Shown here one piece after another: positions 27,332-36,856 of a DNA stretch of 64,000 bases. The DNA is from a virus. Its lineage: Duplodnaviria; Caudoviricetes. Location of the stretch: positions 1 through 64,000 of the IMG/VR virus record IMGVR_UViG_2912740531_000001; one strand, written 5' to 3'. A model generated the notes under the pieces. It saw nothing but the letters and a program-made list of their open reading frames with translations, did not search any database and was not told the origin of the DNA. How positions within the stretch are numbered: position 1 is the first letter of the stretch; each line of letters opens with the position of its first letter. The translations under genes were made by a program, and so were the position numbers.

Positions 27332-28306
27332 TCAGATCTCCTCGTCGTCCGGGGCCTCGACGAACTCGACGTCGGCGATGATCGACGTCCCGGCGTCCAC
27401 GGAGACGTCCCCCGTCTCCGCCTTGTACATGTAGGTCTGCAGGCGGAGGGTCTGCGTCGTGCCGCGCTTGGACGATGGCACGCTCATGTTGTCGGCCACC
27501 ACGACGGTTTGGCGGCGAATATTGGCGCCTTGGTCGTCATCAATGACTGTGTCCTGGCCAGGGTCCCCACCAAAGACGCTGTGCATCTTGGCGAAGACGT
27601 CAGCCCTGGTGAAGCGCAGGCCAGCCACGGTGACGACGATCTTCGCGCGGGTGGCCCACAGCGGCACGTCAATGTCCCAGCTCGCCACACCGGGCCAGTT
27701 GTGCCACTTGTTATCGGAGTAGCCGAGCGTGCTCAGTGACGTAGGGAAGACGGTGTAGAGGCGACGGTCCCGCCGCGGACTCACCATCGACCGCAGATCC
27801 TTGATCATGGCCTGAGTGATGGCGCTGGTGTTGGCCGGGATGTCGATACGGGCGAGCGCAATGGCGGAGTCCGATGCGCGCACTTGGCTGACGCGTGTTG
27901 TCGTGCGGGGCACGCCGCTGATGACCCGGGTGAAGATGTACGGTCCCACCGTCGGATCCGCTGGATTGGGCCACGTCTCCCCGAAGGAGTACGGGTTCTC
28001 GACCCGAGCCACGATGAGATCGGAGCGGGGAGATACCCCAGTCGCAGCGATGTCGACACTGTCGGCCGTCGGCAACCGCCCCGCGTACGCCTGATACGCC
28101 GCGCCGGCGGCCCGGTTCACGATGGCGCACGCCCCGGTCGTCACCTGCACTTCGGCCCCGGGAGAGGACAAGGCTCTCACTCGCAAGTCTCTGGAGCCGA
28201 CCACGCCCTCCGCCCCTCCGAACGCGGCGAACGCCAGCAGGCGCGCAACCTCCGAACTGTGCTGGGCGCCGCCCTCGGTGAACCACGGCACGCTGTCCCA
28301 CGCCAT
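27332..28306 (-). CDS. Minor tail protein
   Basis: PRSDLIVARVENP and ALARIDIPANTSAITQAMIKDLR, typical of actinophage tail proteins. Confidence 0.78.
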   Translation of the reverse strand: MAWDSVPWFTEGGAQHSSEVARLLAFAAFGGAEGVVGSRDLRVRALSSPGAEVQVTTGACAIVNRAAGAAYQAYAGRLPTADSVDIAATGVSPRSDLIVARVENPYSFGETWPNPADPTVGPYIFTRVISGVPRTTTRVSQVRASDSAIALARIDIPANTSAITQAMIKDLRSMVSPRRDRRLYTVFPTSLSTLGYSDNKWHNWPGVASWDIDVPLWATRAKIVVTVAGLRFTRADVFAKMHSVFGGDPGQDTVIDDDQGANIRRQTVVVADNMSVPSSKRGTTQTLRLQTYMYKAETGDVSVDAGTSIIADVEFVEAPDDEEI

Positions 28307-28342
28307 GACTGTCTACCTCCGCTGCTCGATGCTTGGCAGCGG

Positions 28343-28372
28343 AATGTGGCCAGAGCCGGGGGCTTGTGTCGC
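28343..28372 (-). promoter_or_regulatory. Late-type promoter motif
   Basis: GCGACA-CAAGC..N18-CACATT. Confidence 0.7.
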
Positions 28373-28383
28373 GCCGTCGAGGA

Positions 28384-29325
28384 TCACAGGTAGGCGTAGG
28401 CGTCCCGCCAGGCCACCGTCATGTAGGCCGTGCCGGTTGCGTCAGTGCCACGCAGCACAAAGTCCTGCGTGCCCAGGGGGAGTTTCATGTCCTTCAGCCG
28501 CGGCGTGCCGCGGGTGAGGAGGCCGGCCACCGAGGCGTTGCCGTTACGCAGCACGGTCCGTGCCCAGGGGCGGGTGTCAATCACGACGCGTTCACCGACT
28601 CCGAGGGTCAGGTCGAGTCCGGCCTTCCAACGGCCGACGACGTCACACACGGGATTCGTGATCGGGCCGTAGATCGTGATGACCGGCCAAGCGGGCTTCG
28701 TACCACCCACCGTGACTTCGCCAGCAACCTTCCCGGAGCCCTCCCCGGTCATCGTCAATGGCGTCGTGAGCGGCCCCACCAGGCCGTGGTGATCGGGTGG
28801 CACCAGATCGATGCGAACCTTCTGCTCGACATCGTCGTAGGCCGTGGAGTCCAGACATACAAACGTGCACACCACGGGTGTGTAGCCCTGCCGAGTCAGT
28901 TTCGATCCGGCCGGTGCCGCCTTCCGCGGGCGTCCGTAGAAGCGGCGGGCGCGGCCGCCCTGCGTGGTCCTGAGTACCGCTGGGGTGGCGAAGCGTCTAC
29001 GGACCGCTTCGGCGTCCCAGGCCTGCAGCATTGTTGACACGGCACTGAGGTTCGCATCGTGTCGCCCGAGCTGGGTCGGGGCCTCGTCGACAGCGTCCAC
29101 GCCCACCTCGAAGGTGATGGTGGCCTGGCCGCGGTAGTCCTGCCCGAGCCGGGCCCCGTCCTCCTGCGGCATGGGCACGTCGCCGGCGTCGACGTCGGCG
29201 TAGGTGATCTCGTACGGCTCGATCAGGTAGTAGCCGGACGCGATAGTGCCGAAGGTGAAGTTCGCGCCCGGGTGGACCTCGTTGGCGCTGTAGGAGAGGT
29301 TCCATTCGCCCTCACGCAGTGGCAT
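28384..29325 (-). CDS. Distal tail protein (Dit-like)
   Basis: Follows the tape measure; WPVITIYGPITNP and WRDAY motifs. Confidence 0.8.
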   Translation of the reverse strand: MPLREGEWNLSYSANEVHPGANFTFGTIASGYYLIEPYEITYADVDAGDVPMPQEDGARLGQDYRGQATITFEVGVDAVDEAPTQLGRHDANLSAVSTMLQAWDAEAVRRRFATPAVLRTTQGGRARRFYGRPRKAAPAGSKLTRQGYTPVVCTFVCLDSTAYDDVEQKVRIDLVPPDHHGLVGPLTTPLTMTGEGSGKVAGEVTVGGTKPAWPVITIYGPITNPVCDVVGRWKAGLDLTLGVGERVVIDTRPWARTVLRNGNASVAGLLTRGTPRLKDMKLPLGTQDFVLRGTDATGTAYMTVAWRDAYAYL

Positions 29326-32300
29326 GTGCACCTCCTCGACGGATACGGCGCAGCTCGAACAGGGCGCTGTTCAGGGCGTCGCCCGGAGTCATCGGGGCGC
29401 CGGTCATGGTCAGGTTGAGGTCACCGCCGACGAGTGCAGCGGCGGCCGGGGCGGTGCTCACCCGGGTGCGGGCTGCGCTTGCCGTGTTGGAGCTGCGGAC
29501 GGCACCGGAGGCGTACTGGCGCATGGCTCCCTGGGCGAAGTACACGACCTGGCCACCGAACATCTCCGCGACCCGCTGGAGGATGGCCTCGCTGCGCTTG
29601 CGTTTGCTGGGGGCCAGGGGGATGTACGCCTCGCCCTGTGTCTCCGGCTCATTCCATATGCGTATTTCACCCGGCTTTCCGATCTGTGCGATGTGCCGTT
29701 CGGCGCCGGCCGCGAATGCCTTGATCCGGCTGGCAGCCGCGCGGATGCCGCCGTTGGCGTAGTGGACGATGCCGCCGTCCGCATGCGTCCGCACAACGGA
29801 GGGCTTGCCTGACTCGCTGTACTGGACGGTGACGTGGATGGTGCGGCCGGTGAGTCCGTTGATGCGGTCCTGGATGCGCTGCACCTGGGCCAAGGGCGTG
29901 GCGTTGGGCGCCGTGATCTCGATCTTCTTGCCCTTGAGGTCCTTGACTTTGTAGCCGAGATCCTTGATTGCCTGCTGTGCTACCGCGGTCGGCGCTTCCA
30001 TCTTGAGCTTCTTGCCGGGCGGCAGACCGGCGACCTTGTCGCGGATCGCCTGGAGATCGCCGGTGGCCTGCCTGATGATCGCCTGGACGGTGACCTTCTT
30101 CTTGTTCGGGGCGGTGGCGATGTCCTTGGACAGGGCGGCGATGTTCACGCGCGCCCCGCCGGTCGGGGCCGTGACCGACACCTTCTTGCTGCCAGGAATC
30201 CGCTGCACGGTGAAGCCGAGGGCCGCGAGCTGTGCGCGCGCCTCGGCCGTGGGCGCCTTGATCTGTACGGCCTTGCCGGGCGGGAGGCTCTCCAGCTTGC
30301 TGCGCAGGCCGAGGACCTCGGCGGTTGCGGCCGGGATTCCCTGAGCGGTGACGAGGGTGGTGATGGTGTCCGGGATGAATCCCATCTGGTCGGCGAGTGC
30401 CTTGGCCTGGTCCTTGGGGATGCCCATGCTCGTGGCGAGTTCAATGGCCTTCGCACGGGCCCGCTCCATCGCCCCATTGCTCTGGTCCATGGCCTGGGAC
30501 ATCGGTATGAGGCCCTGCTCCCCGGCCTCCATCGCCCGGGTTGCCACGCCCAGCATGCTGTCGCGCAGCTCCTGGAGCTGCGTGTTGAGGGTCTGGCCAT
30601 TCCGGGAAGCGGTGTTGACCAGTCCGTCGGCGCCGACGAGGGCCTTCCCCCAGCCTTCGGCACGCGTGATGTTGCCCTTCATGGTGTCATCGACCTGGAG
30701 CATCACGGCGTTGAGCTGGGCCTGAGCGTCATGGAAGCTCTGCGTGTTGCCGTTGAGGGCATCCAGTGCCCGCTTGAGGGCATCGGTGCGTTCGTCTGCC
30801 GTCTTGGTCTTGTCACTGAAGGTCTGCACCGCGGCCTGCAGGCGGGTGTAGGAGTCCGTGCCGGTGGTGCCCGACTTGTTGATTGCGTCGGCGAGTTCCT
30901 TGTGCTTCTTCTGGCTCTCCTCGAGCTCACCCTTCACGGCGCCGAGGGCGTCCTTCGCGCGGATCGCGGCCAAGCCCTCGTCGTCCCACGACTGCGCAGC
31001 TCCCTGCGCCGTGGTGATCCACTCTTCGTGGTCGTCGGCTGTCTGCTGGAGCTGCTTCTGCAGCTCTCCGAGGGTCGTGCCCTGGCCGAGGTAGGCGTTC
31101 GTCAGCTCGCCGAGGCTGACGCCCGCCTTGCGCATCATGTCGACCAGCTTTCCCTTGCCGTCGGCGAGCTCCGTGTCCTGCAGGAGCTGCGCGGCCTGGG
31201 CGCGGACGTTCGCGTCGATCGCGCCGCCGGACGCGACCAGAGCATCGGTCAGGGACTTCACTCGTTCCTGGTGAGCCTGGGTGGCACGGGCGGCTTCTTC
31301 CTGCCGGGAGGCGAGGAGGCCGAGACCGATGGTGATGCCCGCGATGGCGAGACCGAGCGGACCACCCAGGGCGGACGTGATGCCGCCGATGGCCCTGGAG
31401 GCAACCCTGTTGGCTGCGCCGATCCCCCGCAGTGTGCCGGTCAGCCGGTTGCCCTGCGCGGCCGCGCCGGAGTACGCCAGGCCCATGCGCTGCCACATGG
31501 TGATCTGCGGGCCCATTACCCCGGCGCCCATGGTGCCGCGCATGGTGGTGCCGAGCGTGCGCACGGAGGTACCTGCGGCCGTGACCGAGGTGCCGAAGGA
31601 GCGCAGCATGCCGGCGACGCCGCTGATCACCTTCAGGGCGAGCATCGTGCCCAGGAACGTGGCCAGGACCGTGGTCGCCCCCGGGACGATGTTCATGATC
31701 GAGTTGAAGACCTCGAGTAGCCCGCTGAAGGCCAGGAGCAGTACACCGAGGCCGGTTCCGGCGGACGACAGGTTCCCGATCGCTGTGGCGATGTTCGAGA
31801 TGACGGAGATGAGCGCGGGCCCGACGGATTGACCGAGGGCGTTGAAGAAGGTGCCGAGGGCAGGCATCAACTCGGTTCTGATCTGTCGGACCAGGTCGAG
31901 GATTCCGCCGTCCCGCATGGACCGACCGAGCCCGCGCATGAGGTCCCCGAACAGGGCGTTGACCTCGTGGAAGACGGGCGCCGCGTCGCTGAAAAACTGC
32001 TCCATGGCGCGCTGGCCGGCGCCCGAGGTCGCCCAGCGCTCAAACCTCAGCATGCTGCCCTCGAGCCCGTCGAGCAGCGCGTTGCCGGTGTCCATGGCCG
32101 CGCGGCCGACACCACCGAGTCCCTTGATCAGGCTGCCGGTGGTCCGACCGAGCTGCGCGGCCTTGTCTCCCGCGTGGTCTAGGAACTTGGCGAGGCTGCC
32201 GGTCTCCCGGCCGGCCTGCACGGACGCCCGGAACCACTGCGTCAGTCGCTTGCCGCCCTTGGCGACCCGCTCAGTGAACGGCCCGGAAGCCACCAGGAAG

Positions 32301-33349
32301 TCCAGAGTGGCGCGGCCCATGTTGGCCAGGCCGTCCGTCATGTGGCTGATGACGCGGGAGTTGGTGCCCGCGATCGTCTTGAAGTCCCTGCGGAACGGAC
32401 CGGTCTGCATGAACTTCGCGCCGCGCTCCGCCAGAGACCCCATCTGGGAGGCCGAGTCGCCCAGGGCGTCCTCGAGGAGCGGGAACACCGACTTCGCCAG
32501 GGGCTTGATGTCGTCGGCGACCTTGCTGAAAAACCGCTCGCTGACGGCCATGCGGACCTTGCCCCACGCCACTTGCAGCGAGGACACCGCGGATACCGCC
32601 TCACGGGCCGAGGGAGAGAGCTTGTCCAGCGCCTCCTTGACCTTCTTCTGCTGCGCCTCGGTGACCTTGCCGTCCCGGGCGAGCATCTGCTGCGCCTTGA
32701 CCGACTCCTTGAGGGCGTCGCCGAAGCCCTTGAAGGCGACCGTCGTGCCGATCGCCGCGGTGGCGCCCGCTGTGATCAGGCCGGGTATCGCGCCGAGGAC
32801 ACCGACCGCGGGCGCGGCCGCGGAGACGAGGGCGGTCAGCCCGGCGCCGTACTGGCCGATGAGGGCGACCGCAGGCTGCAGCAGGGAGACGACGGCGCCG
32901 ACACCGAGCATGCGCAGGCCACGGCCGCGGCCCGGCAGGCGGAAGTTGACCGGGACGTTGACCGGGTTGCGGTCGGCTTCGCCCTGGGCGCCCGCGATGA
33001 GTCCGCGGAGTCGGCCGAGGAGTCCACCGCCCGAGCCGTCGCCGTCCCCGTCCGGGCGGACGGGGAGGTTCAGGTCGGCGTCGTCGATGCGTCGTCGGAT
33101 GCCGTCGAGGGAGGCGCGGAGCCGGTCCTCGTCGATCTCGACGCGGATCTTTGCGGTGACGCCCTTGGACGCCTCCTTGACCGCTTCCTTGAGCCGTCGC
33201 TTGAGGCCCTTGGAGTCGACCTCGACTTTGACCTTGGCGGCCAGACCTTCGGCGGCCGTCTCGACTGACGTGCGGAGCTTCTCCGCGAAGCCGGCCAGGT
33301 TGGCGACGACCGGAACTTCGAGACGCCCGGCCTGCAGGCCCTCAGCCAC
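29312..33349 (-). CDS. Tape measure protein
   Basis: 1345 aa, Ala/Gly-rich helical; C-terminal HADGG / EPETQGEAYIPL. Confidence 0.92.
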   Translation of the reverse strand: MAEGLQAGRLEVPVVANLAGFAEKLRTSVETAAEGLAAKVKVEVDSKGLKRRLKEAVKEASKGVTAKIRVEIDEDRLRASLDGIRRRIDDADLNLPVRPDGDGDGSGGGLLGRLRGLIAGAQGEADRNPVNVPVNFRLPGRGRGLRMLGVGAVVSLLQPAVALIGQYGAGLTALVSAAAPAVGVLGAIPGLITAGATAAIGTTVAFKGFGDALKESVKAQQMLARDGKVTEAQQKKVKEALDKLSPSAREAVSAVSSLQVAWGKVRMAVSERFFSKVADDIKPLAKSVFPLLEDALGDSASQMGSLAERGAKFMQTGPFRRDFKTIAGTNSRVISHMTDGLANMGRATLDFLVASGPFTERVAKGGKRLTQWFRASVQAGRETGSLAKFLDHAGDKAAQLGRTTGSLIKGLGGVGRAAMDTGNALLDGLEGSMLRFERWATSGAGQRAMEQFFSDAAPVFHEVNALFGDLMRGLGRSMRDGGILDLVRQIRTELMPALGTFFNALGQSVGPALISVISNIATAIGNLSSAGTGLGVLLLAFSGLLEVFNSIMNIVPGATTVLATFLGTMLALKVISGVAGMLRSFGTSVTAAGTSVRTLGTTMRGTMGAGVMGPQITMWQRMGLAYSGAAAQGNRLTGTLRGIGAANRVASRAIGGITSALGGPLGLAIAGITIGLGLLASRQEEAARATQAHQERVKSLTDALVASGGAIDANVRAQAAQLLQDTELADGKGKLVDMMRKAGVSLGELTNAYLGQGTTLGELQKQLQQTADDHEEWITTAQGAAQSWDDEGLAAIRAKDALGAVKGELEESQKKHKELADAINKSGTTGTDSYTRLQAAVQTFSDKTKTADERTDALKRALDALNGNTQSFHDAQAQLNAVMLQVDDTMKGNITRAEGWGKALVGADGLVNTASRNGQTLNTQLQELRDSMLGVATRAMEAGEQGLIPMSQAMDQSNGAMERARAKAIELATSMGIPKDQAKALADQMGFIPDTITTLVTAQGIPAATAEVLGLRSKLESLPPGKAVQIKAPTAEARAQLAALGFTVQRIPGSKKVSVTAPTGGARVNIAALSKDIATAPNKKKVTVQAIIRQATGDLQAIRDKVAGLPPGKKLKMEAPTAVAQQAIKDLGYKVKDLKGKKIEITAPNATPLAQVQRIQDRINGLTGRTIHVTVQYSESGKPSVVRTHADGGIVHYANGGIRAAASRIKAFAAGAERHIAQIGKPGEIRIWNEPETQGEAYIPLAPSKRKRSEAILQRVAEMFGGQVVYFAQGAMRQYASGAVRSSNTASAARTRVSTAPAAAALVGGDLNLTMTGAPMTPGDALNSALFELRRIRRGGAHATA

Positions 33350-33788
33350 TGCGGACCATTCCTCTCTGCATGGCCGCCATGAGCATTTGCCTGTGGCCGG
33401 TCATGCGGGGTGCCTGCGGTTCCGGGGTGGGCTGCTGCGGCCGGGGTGGGCTGCCGTGGCCGCTGCGCGTCGTGGTGCCGGAGCGCGGCGGGCGAACGAT
33501 GGTGGTGGGCTCCTCACGCCGTTTGTCGGCGGCGAGAATGCCGATCTCCTCGACGATCAGCGCCAGCAGCTCCAGGACGTTGTGCCAGCCGCCGAGCGGG
33601 GCGGACCGGACCCGGGAGTCGTCTGGGAGGCCGTCGACGAGGGAGATCAGTCGTCGGAGTCCAAGGAATGCGGGTTGTCCGGGACGAAGCCAGACGCGTC
33701 GGGCGTCGACTCCGTGGTAGTGGGAGAGGTCGGACTCGACGTCGCTCCAGCGGTCTCGGAGGAGTCGGCCGACCGAAAGAGCTTTCCC
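33342..33788 (-). CDS. Tail assembly chaperone frameshift extension (gpT-like)
   Basis: GGGAAAG slippery site at 33788-33782; the -1 frame is open to TGA at 33342 (...WSDVESDLSHYHGVD...LVDGLPDDSR). Confidence 0.8.
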   Translation of the reverse strand, partial: GKALSVGRLLRDRWSDVESDLSHYHGVDARRVWLRPGQPAFLGLRRLISLVDGLPDDSRVRSAPLGGWHNVLELLALIVEEIGILAADKRREEPTTIVRPPRSGTTTRSGHGSPPRPQQPTPEPQAPRMTGHRQMLMAAMQRGMVRSG

Positions 33789-34177
33789 AACTCCACCCCG
33801 TAGACGCGGGCCAGGCCGGTCGTCAGCCGGACGTAGTCGGGTACGGACGGCTTCCGCTTGAGGAAGTCCTCGGTCTGGTCCTCGAGGAGGATGGCGTACG
33901 TCTCGCGGATCGCCTCGAGGAACTTGCGTGGCAGGGACGGGCGCCGGAACAGGGCGTTGACGACGTCCTTGATGCCGGCGTCGCCGTCGGCGGAGTTGAT
34001 GACGTCGCCGAGGAGGCCGACCAGGTCCAGCTCGTCGGACAGGATCGGGTCGAGGGCCGCGGCCGGCAGCTCCGCCGGGAGGATGAACTGTTCGCCGCGG
34101 AACTTCACGGGGATGCCGTCGGGGTGCTGAACCTCGCGGCGTTCGGCGTCCAGGTCGATGACGAACGATGACGACAT
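33647..34177 (-). CDS. Tail assembly chaperone (gpG-like)
   Basis: Located between the major tail and tape measure genes; contains the slippery site. Confidence 0.85.
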   Translation of the reverse strand: MSSSFVIDLDAERREVQHPDGIPVKFRGEQFILPAELPAAALDPILSDELDLVGLLGDVINSADGDAGIKDVVNALFRRPSLPRKFLEAIRETYAILLEDQTEDFLKRKPSVPDYVRLTTGLARVYGVELGKLFRSADSSETAGATSSPTSPTTTESTPDASGFVPDNPHSLDSDD

Positions 34178-34232
34178 GTGCGTGACCTCTTCATGAGTGC
34201 GTAGCTGGGTTGCCGTGTTTGGCAGCGCGCGG

Positions 34233-34262
34233 ACAGTGGCAGCGCTGCGCGGCTTGTGTCGC
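34233..34262 (-). promoter_or_regulatory. Late-type promoter motif
   Basis: GCGACA-CAAGC..N18-CACTGT. Confidence 0.7.
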
Positions 34263-34317
34263 GGCGTGCGGCCGCCCTCGCCTCACGGCGCGAGGAAGGG
34301 GCGGCCGCAGGCCTGGG

Positions 34318-35151
34318 TCACGCGTAGGTGAAGCCGCCGGTCTTGGTGACGCTGCCGCCCGCGGTCGTGACGATCACGTCCTTGGCGCCGGAGGTGCTGG
34401 CCGGAGTGGTGACGGTGAGCTTGGTGTCGCTCTCGACCGTCAGGTCGGTACCGGCCGTGCCTCCGAAGGTCACGGCGGTCGCGGTGTCGAGGTCGGTTCC
34501 GACGATCATGACGGCAGTGCCGCCCGCGACCGGGCCCGTGCTCGGCGTCACGGTGGCGATGGTGGGCACCGGGGGTTGGAATGCCGGGTCGTCCGTCAGC
34601 ACGTACCACGGATCCGTGTCGTCGCCACCCTGGACGGCCAGGCGCAGCGGGAGCACGGACTCCTTGGTCTTGGCGAGATCCTTGGAGACGCCTTCCATCT
34701 GCATGGTGCGAGGGATGACGTAGCGGTAGTGCTTGCCGCCGTCGATGATCTCGATGCACCCGGCGATTTCAGTGCGGCCCCCGATGCGGGGCGGGGCGAA
34801 CTTGAAGTGCTTCGGGCCGCCCCCGGAGGGGGTGACGGCCGTGATGCGGCCGCCGCCGTACACCGCCCGGAAGTTCTTGCCGGACCACTGCTGCAGGTCC
34901 ACCTCGACGGTCGCGGCATCCGTCGTCTGGAAGGTCCGGGTGGGGTACGAGGACTGGGCGCTGCGGACCTGCTCGAAGTTCGGCTCAGAGTTGAACTTGA
35001 GCGAGTCTTCGGTGAACAGGCCGACTGTGTACCAGCCCGCGGGCATTGCCACCGTGGCATCGGCCGGGGCTGCCGTCCCGACGGGGGCCAGCCACAGGCG
35101 GCTGAGCTGAGGGATGAGAATCTCGTTGTTGTTCGTGGTCTCGCCAGCCAT
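34318..35151 (-). CDS. Major tail protein with C-terminal IPT/TIG domain
   Basis: LWLAPVGTAAP..GW..VG; C-terminal PTIATVTPSTGPVAGGT...GFTY. Confidence 0.88.
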   Translation of the reverse strand: MAGETTNNNEILIPQLSRLWLAPVGTAAPADATVAMPAGWYTVGLFTEDSLKFNSEPNFEQVRSAQSSYPTRTFQTTDAATVEVDLQQWSGKNFRAVYGGGRITAVTPSGGGPKHFKFAPPRIGGRTEIAGCIEIIDGGKHYRYVIPRTMQMEGVSKDLAKTKESVLPLRLAVQGGDDTDPWYVLTDDPAFQPPVPTIATVTPSTGPVAGGTAVMIVGTDLDTATAVTFGGTAGTDLTVESDTKLTVTTPASTSGAKDVIVTTAGGSVTKTGGFTYA

Positions 35152-35190
35152 GGCGGGCTTCTCCTTGGTGTCCGGTGCTAAGGCGCGGAC

Positions 35191-35220
35191 ACCTTGGAGA
35201 GCTGGGGTGGTTAACGTCGC
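35191..35220 (-). promoter_or_regulatory. Late-type promoter motif (major tail)
   Basis: GCGACG-TTAAC..N18-CAAGGT. Confidence 0.7.
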
Positions 35221-35224
35221 GTCG

Positions 35225-35653
35225 TCACGGGTGGAGGGTGACAGAGAGGTTCATGACCCACCTGGGTTGGCCGTCGACGAGGGGGCTCCACAGCAGCAGG
35301 CCCGACGGCTTGATGCCGCTGATGACCGGCCGGCCGGGGACATGGGGCGCCTCCCCCAGATCCTGCGCGGCCGCGGCGCACCGCAGCAGGATCTGCCGCA
35401 GTTCGGCCTTGCCCGGCCAGCCGCCGGGATCGCCGTACACCTCGAGCGTCACCTCCGGGGCGATGGCCCAATTCAGGTCCCGCAGGTCCCCGCCGGGGCC
35501 GTGGTCGATGCGCAGGTGCGGCCAGGGTGCCTCTTGGATTCCGGACACACGGCCGGGGCCGCCGAGCGCGTCGGCGACCGCCGGGTGTTCCTGCAGCCAG
35601 GCGAGGATCGCGGAGACCGGATCCGCGTCCGCCAGGGTGAGCTCGCTCATCAA
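35225..35653 (-). CDS. Tail terminator-like protein
   Basis: Position and size. Confidence 0.7.
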   Translation of the reverse strand: MMSELTLADADPVSAILAWLQEHPAVADALGGPGRVSGIQEAPWPHLRIDHGPGGDLRDLNWAIAPEVTLEVYGDPGGWPGKAELRQILLRCAAAAQDLGEAPHVPGRPVISGIKPSGLLLWSPLVDGQPRWVMNLSVTLHP

Positions 35654-35928
35654 ACCTGGGTGGCGTAGCCCTGGCCGTGCAGCCGGTGGGCGTAGTCCGG
35701 GGAGACGAGGAGCTCGGCGCCCGGCGGGTAGTCGGTGCCGTCGATAGCGTGGTGGTGCGCCAGGGTGACGGTGACCGGTTCGACGCCGGTGGGCAGGGCG
35801 GGGCCGACGACGTCCGGGTCCGGGGCCGGCCTGCGGGAGGGACGGGCCGGGGCAGCCCCGGAGACGTCCGCGGCGGACTCTTCCGCCGCGGCGTCCGCGG
35901 CGGGCTTCTTGGTGGTGTTCGTAGCCAT
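35650..35928 (-). CDS. Small virion-associated hypothetical protein
   Basis: ATG 7 nt after the -10 element; coupled to the next gene. Confidence 0.7.
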   Translation of the reverse strand: MATNTTKKPAADAAAEESAADVSGAAPARPSRRPAPDPDVVGPALPTGVEPVTVTLAHHHAIDGTDYPPGAELLVSPDYAHRLHGQGYATQV

Positions 35929-35935
35929 GGCGCGC

Positions 35936-35964
35936 ACTGTGCGCGCCCGGCCCGCTTGTGTCGC
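35936..35964 (-). promoter_or_regulatory. Late-type promoter motif (leaderless)
   Basis: GCGACA-CAAGC..N17-CACAGT. Confidence 0.7.
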
Positions 35965-35968
35965 GTCG

Positions 35969-36505
35969 TCAGCGGCGGGCGGCGACGATGGCGGCCGCGC
36001 GGGACATGAAGTGTGTGCCGTCGGCGCGCAGGTTGCCCGGGTAGACGGTGCCCACCTCGGCCTCGACAACCATGGGGGCCTGGACGGAGACGGTGACTGT
36101 AACCTTCTTCCCGGCGACGACCGGCTGCCCGGTGTTGATGTGCCGGGCGATGCCCTGCGGGTCCTTGTGCGCTCGGCAGCGGCAGTTCTTGAGGTTGGCG
36201 ACGGCCCGAGAGCTCTCGTCGAGCGGCTCGAGCATGTACGTCGTGGGGCCCACGCCGCGGTGCACCATGTCCCAGCGCATGGAGTCGATCGAGAAGCGCA
36301 GGTTCCCGGGGACTTCCTGCCCGTTGGCGGAGACGTGGGTGGGGCGGACCTTGTCGTCGCCCATGGTCACCCAGCGCTTGGTAGGCGGGGCCAGCCGCTT
36401 CGCCTCCACCTCGACCTGGTGGGCGATCCGCTGCACCGCGGGGGCCAGCATGCGGGCGAGCTGCTCCTCCAAGCCCTGCGCGGGGGTGAACTTCGCGTCA
36501 GCCAT
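35969..36505 (-). CDS. Neck / tail-completion protein with an internal MuF-like motif
   Basis: AKRLAP...EVGT frame with inserted WVTMGDDKVRPTH...NCRC. Confidence 0.7.
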   Translation of the reverse strand: MADAKFTPAQGLEEQLARMLAPAVQRIAHQVEVEAKRLAPPTKRWVTMGDDKVRPTHVSANGQEVPGNLRFSIDSMRWDMVHRGVGPTTYMLEPLDESSRAVANLKNCRCRAHKDPQGIARHINTGQPVVAGKKVTVTVSVQAPMVVEAEVGTVYPGNLRADGTHFMSRAAAIVAARR

Positions 36506-36846
36506 CACGGCACCTCGGGCGGGTTGAGCGTGGCAGTGGCCTGCACGTAATCGACATCCGGGACGCCGGGGACCGCGTGCTCGCGGGTGCTCGACAGCGT
36601 CCAGGACCGGCCGGTCTCGTCGGAGAGGGTGTCGCCCTCCTTGACCGGCCAGGCCTGCGGATCGAGCCGTACCGACCATGAACCGTCGGGCTGCTCGAGG
36701 ACCGACCCGGGCCAGGTGCCGCGCGGGGCCGGCTTCTGGTTGGGGTTCGGCGGTACGGGCACGCCGTTGGCGTCGCGCACCCAAGGGTGAGCGAGCACGT
36801 ACACCGTGAGCATGGCGTTCGGCAGCACGACGGCCACGGTCGTCAA
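36505..36846 (-). CDS. Head-tail adaptor / stopper-like protein
   Basis: Position and size. Confidence 0.65.
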   Translation of the reverse strand: MTTVAVVLPNAMLTVYVLAHPWVRDANGVPVPPNPNQKPAPRGTWPGSVLEQPDGSWSVRLDPQAWPVKEGDTLSDETGRSWTLSSTREHAVPGVPDVDYVQATATLNPPEVP

Positions 36847-36856
36847 CTCTCTTTCG

